Assembly: GCA_030704615.1 (NCBI GenBank)
Contig: CM060733.1
Span: 69,068,001-69,132,000 of the forward strand
Length of the DNA stretch: 64,000 bases
Source: Takakia lepidozioides
Lineage: Eukaryota; Plantae; Bryophyta
Reading direction: 5' to 3'
Position 1 is the stretch's first letter; each line of letters begins with the position of its first letter. The translations under genes and the position numbers were made by a program. The notes beneath the pieces are model-generated. The model worked only from the letters and a program-made list of their open reading frames with translations. It did not search any database and was not told the origin of the DNA. Below are positions 60,386-64,000 of the stretch, one piece after another.

Positions 60386-61377
60386 GTCACGAAAAGACCT
60401 GAATGGGTGAATGGAAGCCAGCAAGCGTATGCAACAGACCTGGTGGTCCTGGACATTCCAGATGGTCTGCCTGTGCTAGATGTCCTCCCATCGAACACAA
60501 CACCATCGTGGAACAAGTCAGATGCCTTTTTCTGGCAGTGGGTTTTTTCCTTCAACAACAATTTTTTGTCTGATGCAGGAGCACTTCTTCTTTTGCAGTC
60601 AAAAGACATGCTGGCGCACAGAAAGCTTCTGGCTTTAAGGTCATCAAAACATGGACGTGTATCAACACTCTTCCACTTTCCAAGGGAGAGTTTCTAGGAC
60701 AGAGGGTGAGTTCAGGATGGTGGACTATCACTTCTGCTAATTTCATTCTGTTCAGTTCATTATGCATGATCGTGAACTGAATGTTTTGGGGGGGCAATGC
60801 AGATTCGGGTGTTCAAGGCTTTATGCTTGGTGAGGATGCGAAAGGACACCCTCCCTCCCGGTATTGCAGAGTTCCAGTTGAGAGACCTTGCATCACACAT
60901 CGACCCCACCTGCGAGCCTATGGGGGACGATGTCCTATACAATTACGTGGACTCCGGGCGGACCATCAAAAGGACGAATGGTGTCCCTTGGAGAGGTGCT
61001 CGGGAGAAATCTCCAGCATTCATGCAGACTCTGGTGGAGACTTGCAGCCGGCATGGGGGGCGGGTGGTGGACTTGTCTTTGGGAACAGGTTCGCCCTGCC
61101 AAGTCTCCTGCTCTGTCGTATCGATAATCTTGAATTTTGTAATGATTCTGGGTTTTTTGACCATTCGTTCTGTGCATTTGCAGGTGCAACTTTCCATGCT
61201 TGTAAGAGCGCTGGTAGACACTTCTTCGGCATGGAGGGGGATGCAGAGCTGTTTTCGTGCGAGATTCAACAACTCACCTCCGGCTCGGCATCAGCCCCAC
61301 ACAAGGAACCAGTTTTCGACGAACGGGAACTTCCAGATGAAGACCTCGACGTGGACTCCGACTTTGAGTGTACGTAA
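60386..61377 (+). CDS. Beta-class DNA amino-methyltransferase (N6_N4_Mtase-like) domain, split by introns
   Basis: Motif IV-like DLVVLDIPDG (60437-60466) and FLSDAGALLL, then REKSPAFMQTLVETCSRHGGRVVDLSLGTG|ATFHACKSAGRHFFGMEGD (intron 61089-61183). The latter matches KP..l...li...s..gd.VlDpF.GsGtt..aa...gR..ig.E.d. Confidence 0.8.
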
Positions 61378-62326
61378 GTCCGGTTTGTTTTGGATGACAT
61401 GTTGGGTTTTTCATTTATTCAGACTTCATTTTTGTCACAACCGCGGTCGTGTCTTTCAGCTTACTGGGCTTGCAACTTCGGGAATCTTTGCAGGACACCA
61501 AAAACAAGGAGAAACATCCCATTCTTTGCTAACCCGGAATTTTTCCCGAGCCCAACTGCCCCCCTACGGTTGCCATGCTATGCGGAGGCTGCCGCTAGGA
61601 AGTTTACTCTCTGCGACTCCCCCCCTCTAGTTTGCTTCGATCGTGTGGAAAATGTGGACAACAAGGCTAAGATCTTTATGGACATTAGTGTGTCAGAGTC
61701 CGGTGCTACCACAAGTTCTAGTGCATAGACATTTTCCGATTGGTTCCAACTGTTTGGGAATATCTGGGGAATCAAATGTGGGGAGATTGCTTCTCTTCCT
61801 TCAACTGCGTGCCTCCCTTCCCAACATTGTCTACATAAGACATTTTCTGGACATAAAAATTTTCATCTTCACTTCCAAGTCCATTCATACAATCTCTGTG
61901 GGTCCACAATACTTCCAGACTTTAGACATACGTACGTATATTGTGCTTGCATCCAAAACATAAGTCCATCCATCAACTGTCCAAAATTCTACCATTCCAA
62001 GTTTGTCACTCCGTCATTCATCCAGTGTTCCAGCATATATCATCCATCATTCGCCCCACACTCAGTCATCATGCATGTGACATCCAACAAACATCCATCC
62101 AATATTTCTCATCCATCCACCATTCATCCATCGTTCATCCAACTTCACATCCATGTACGCATTACATTTACACTCGTTCCCACGGAAATAGGTCCCCTGG
62201 TTATCACCGTCCGTGGATGTGGGCCCCAACAACCTCTGGCGTGAGCATCTTTCCGCTCACGGATTGGCATCTTCTCGCTCGCGCATCTTCTTGCTCACGT
62301 GAGCCACTCACGGACTAGCACCCCCT

Positions 62327-64000
62327 GATATTCGGACCCCGACATATCCTTATCAGATAACGAACCAAATTGGGACTCAACGAGCGCTATGGTGAATGAG
62401 AATATTAATCATATCAGTCTGCAATAGTCAAGAATCTGTAGCACGGGAGATCTCCCGTGCTATGTGCATAAAATACAATCAACCAGAACTAAACTTTCAC
62501 TGAGATGCAGGCAGACACTTACATACCAGCAGCTGTCCACCCAGTGTACATACCAGCAGATTCACCAGAATACACCCCTTTAGAGGACTCGTACGTACCA
62601 GCAGATTCACCAGAATACACCCCTTTAGAGGACTCGTACGTACCTTCAGATTCACCAGTATACACCCCTGCAGAGTACTCTTACATACCAGCAGTTGTCC
62701 ACCCAGTGTACATACCAACAGATTCACCAGAATACACTCCAGGACTGTACACTCCACAAGAGCACACCCTAGATGCACATGTGTATCCTCCCGGATCAAA
62801 TTCCCAGGGTGCTAGGCGTCGAACTCAATGGAAACCGACGAAATCTCCAAGATATTCCCTGATTGGGTTTCGGACAGCGACTCTTGGAGTCCTGGATACT
62901 CTCCAACGACACCTCGAAGGGATCCAAAGTAGGAGAAACTGAGAGAAGAGATCCGCAATGCATATCAGAACTGGCTAGATAGCCCAATGCATTGTGGTGT
63001 GACTATAGGGCAATTTCTTGATGTAGACTCTAGCAAACCGTAGATGGTAGGTGGGGTAAAGTGTAGGTGGGGTTGCATTTGGTAGGTGAGGTCTCCCGTC
63101 ACTATATTGTAGTACATCTCTGGTGTACTTGAAGCACCCTGGGTTTTTGATTTATAAACTACTAGTTGAAGTTCTGAAACCTCCATGTTGCTCTTTATGT
63201 GCTGTGTTTATGAGAACTTGAATTATCCTTATTGGTGGTATTGTTCATTGCTGTCATGGGAGATCTCCCGTCCCTGAATTGAGATATAGCTCCATACGGT
63301 TCGGAAAGACCTTTGTGTTGGTTGTTATTTGGTGTTTATATTAACGGGTTGTTCTTTTGTTGATTGTGCTGCCAGAACAAAGATTCCGAAGGAATTAGTC
63401 GCAGTGACGAGCGCCGAAATTGCCGGTTTCTTCATATATCCACACATTGAATGATTCACAATAAAGCATGATGGCTTTTATGAGCTAAAGAGGAGTATTG
63501 ACTACTAGGGTATCGACGTTGCTGACTCCCCGAACCCAGAGAAAGCCATCTTCCGTTACCAGATCGGTGCAGAAAAGAAAACACTTTTGTGTTGTGATGT
63601 GTTGGGAATTGAAACGGAGGACTCCGTGGGGGATAATAGGGTTATCTGTGCTATGTTCATCTGCGAGAACGCCAGGAAAGGGGAGAAGGTATTTGGGTTC
63701 TCTATGGATGCCATGAGTCTGAGTAATGATCTGATGGGATTCGCGATTCGGATGGGATTCTGGGTCCCTGTTGTCGAAGAGGACCTGAAGATGGAAATCC
63801 TCAAGAGCTGGGAATACCTTGACGGAATTCTCTACAATAATGCCAAGGAGAGACAACAATTGGAGGTACAACGACTCCAATCGGAGCAAATGCAGTTGGA
63901 GGACACGAAGAAGAAACCGAAAAAAACAAGAAAGCCGAAAGAAGGAAATGGAGATGATGACGAAGAAGAGGGGGGAAGAAAACGACAAAAGACCATCGAT
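62327..64000. mobile_element. Right part of element C, with a 45-bp coding-like tandem repeat and a + strand frame running off the window
   Basis: Perfect palindrome GCACGGGAGATCTCCCGTGC at 62441. Open frame ..FAIRMGFWVPVVEEDLKMEILKSWEYLDG.. near the window end. Confidence 0.5.
62510..62770 (+). repeat. 45-bp tandem repeat encoding PADSPEYTPLEDSYV
   Basis: Unit starts at 62551, 62596 and 62641; ORF 62505..62942. Confidence 0.85.

Larger units (their letters stand above)
49598..61728 (+). pseudogene. Spliced gene B: low-complexity N-terminus, ParB/Srx-like domain, helical region, beta-class N4/N6 DNA methyltransferase and C-terminal RRNIPFF exon
   Basis: Probable exon 1 at 49598-49970, then exons from ~57292. 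Homologous to gene A with shared intron positions. Several stops and frameshifts. Confidence 0.75.
44560..62326. mobile_element. Element B: complete Mutator-like element (~11.4 kb without the nested LTR) with transposase (-) and ParB-like/DNA-MTase gene (+)
   Basis: Imperfect TIRs: GAGGGAAGCTAGCGCGTGAGCGCACTCACG versus rc AGGGGGTGCTAGTCCGTGAGTGGCTCACG. Candidate 9-bp TSD AATGTTCGG (44551-44559) / GATATTCGG (62327-62335). Mirrored GGATGA/TCATCC subterminal tracts. Both flanks carry the element C motif. Confidence 0.8.

Noticed and set aside
57440-61377. Bacterial or phage contamination, or a prophage, as the source of the ParB-MTase gene
   Set aside because: The domains are split by GT-AG introns (the ParB-exon donor is shared with gene A) and lie within eukaryotic TEs.
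63485-63988. 167-aa minus-strand ORF
   Set aside because: It looks like the antisense shadow of a purine-rich + strand frame that runs off the window.

Overview
This is eukaryotic, intron-containing DNA made almost entirely of nested, partly decayed transposons, with no recognisable host gene. A non-seed land plant such as a bryophyte is likely; this is an inference from the TE types, the tRNA-iMet PBS, telo-box-like TTTAGGG motifs and frequent CGA>TGA/TGG>TGA decay. In order, the window holds: (1) a ~2.3 kb inverted duplication with two LINE 3' fragments; (2) a CACTA/EnSpm element (~7.3-15.9 kb) whose first exon can splice in frame either to a SET-domain exon or to the TnpD transposase; (3) Ty3/gypsy fragments; (4) element A (18251-~32070), a Mutator-like element; (5) a gypsy element with a dUTPase-like domain; (6) an IS3EU-like integrase-core transposase; (7) element B (44560-62326), a relative of A with TIRs and a candidate 9-bp TSD. 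A and B each carry a divergent gene pair: a GCM-MULE-SWIM transposase (truncated after the GCM-like part in A) and a spliced gene with a ParB/Srx-like DGNHR domain. In B that gene is fused to a beta-class N4/N6 DNA amino-methyltransferase; A lacks this domain. Both elements carry element-specific arrays of conserved palindromic motifs at regular spacing in introns or the intergenic region, and each has a chromovirus inserted next to an array. The best candidates for an undescribed system are the ParB-MTase/palindrome-array Mutator family and the SET-encoding CACTA. All domain calls come from motifs read by eye; no database searches were run.
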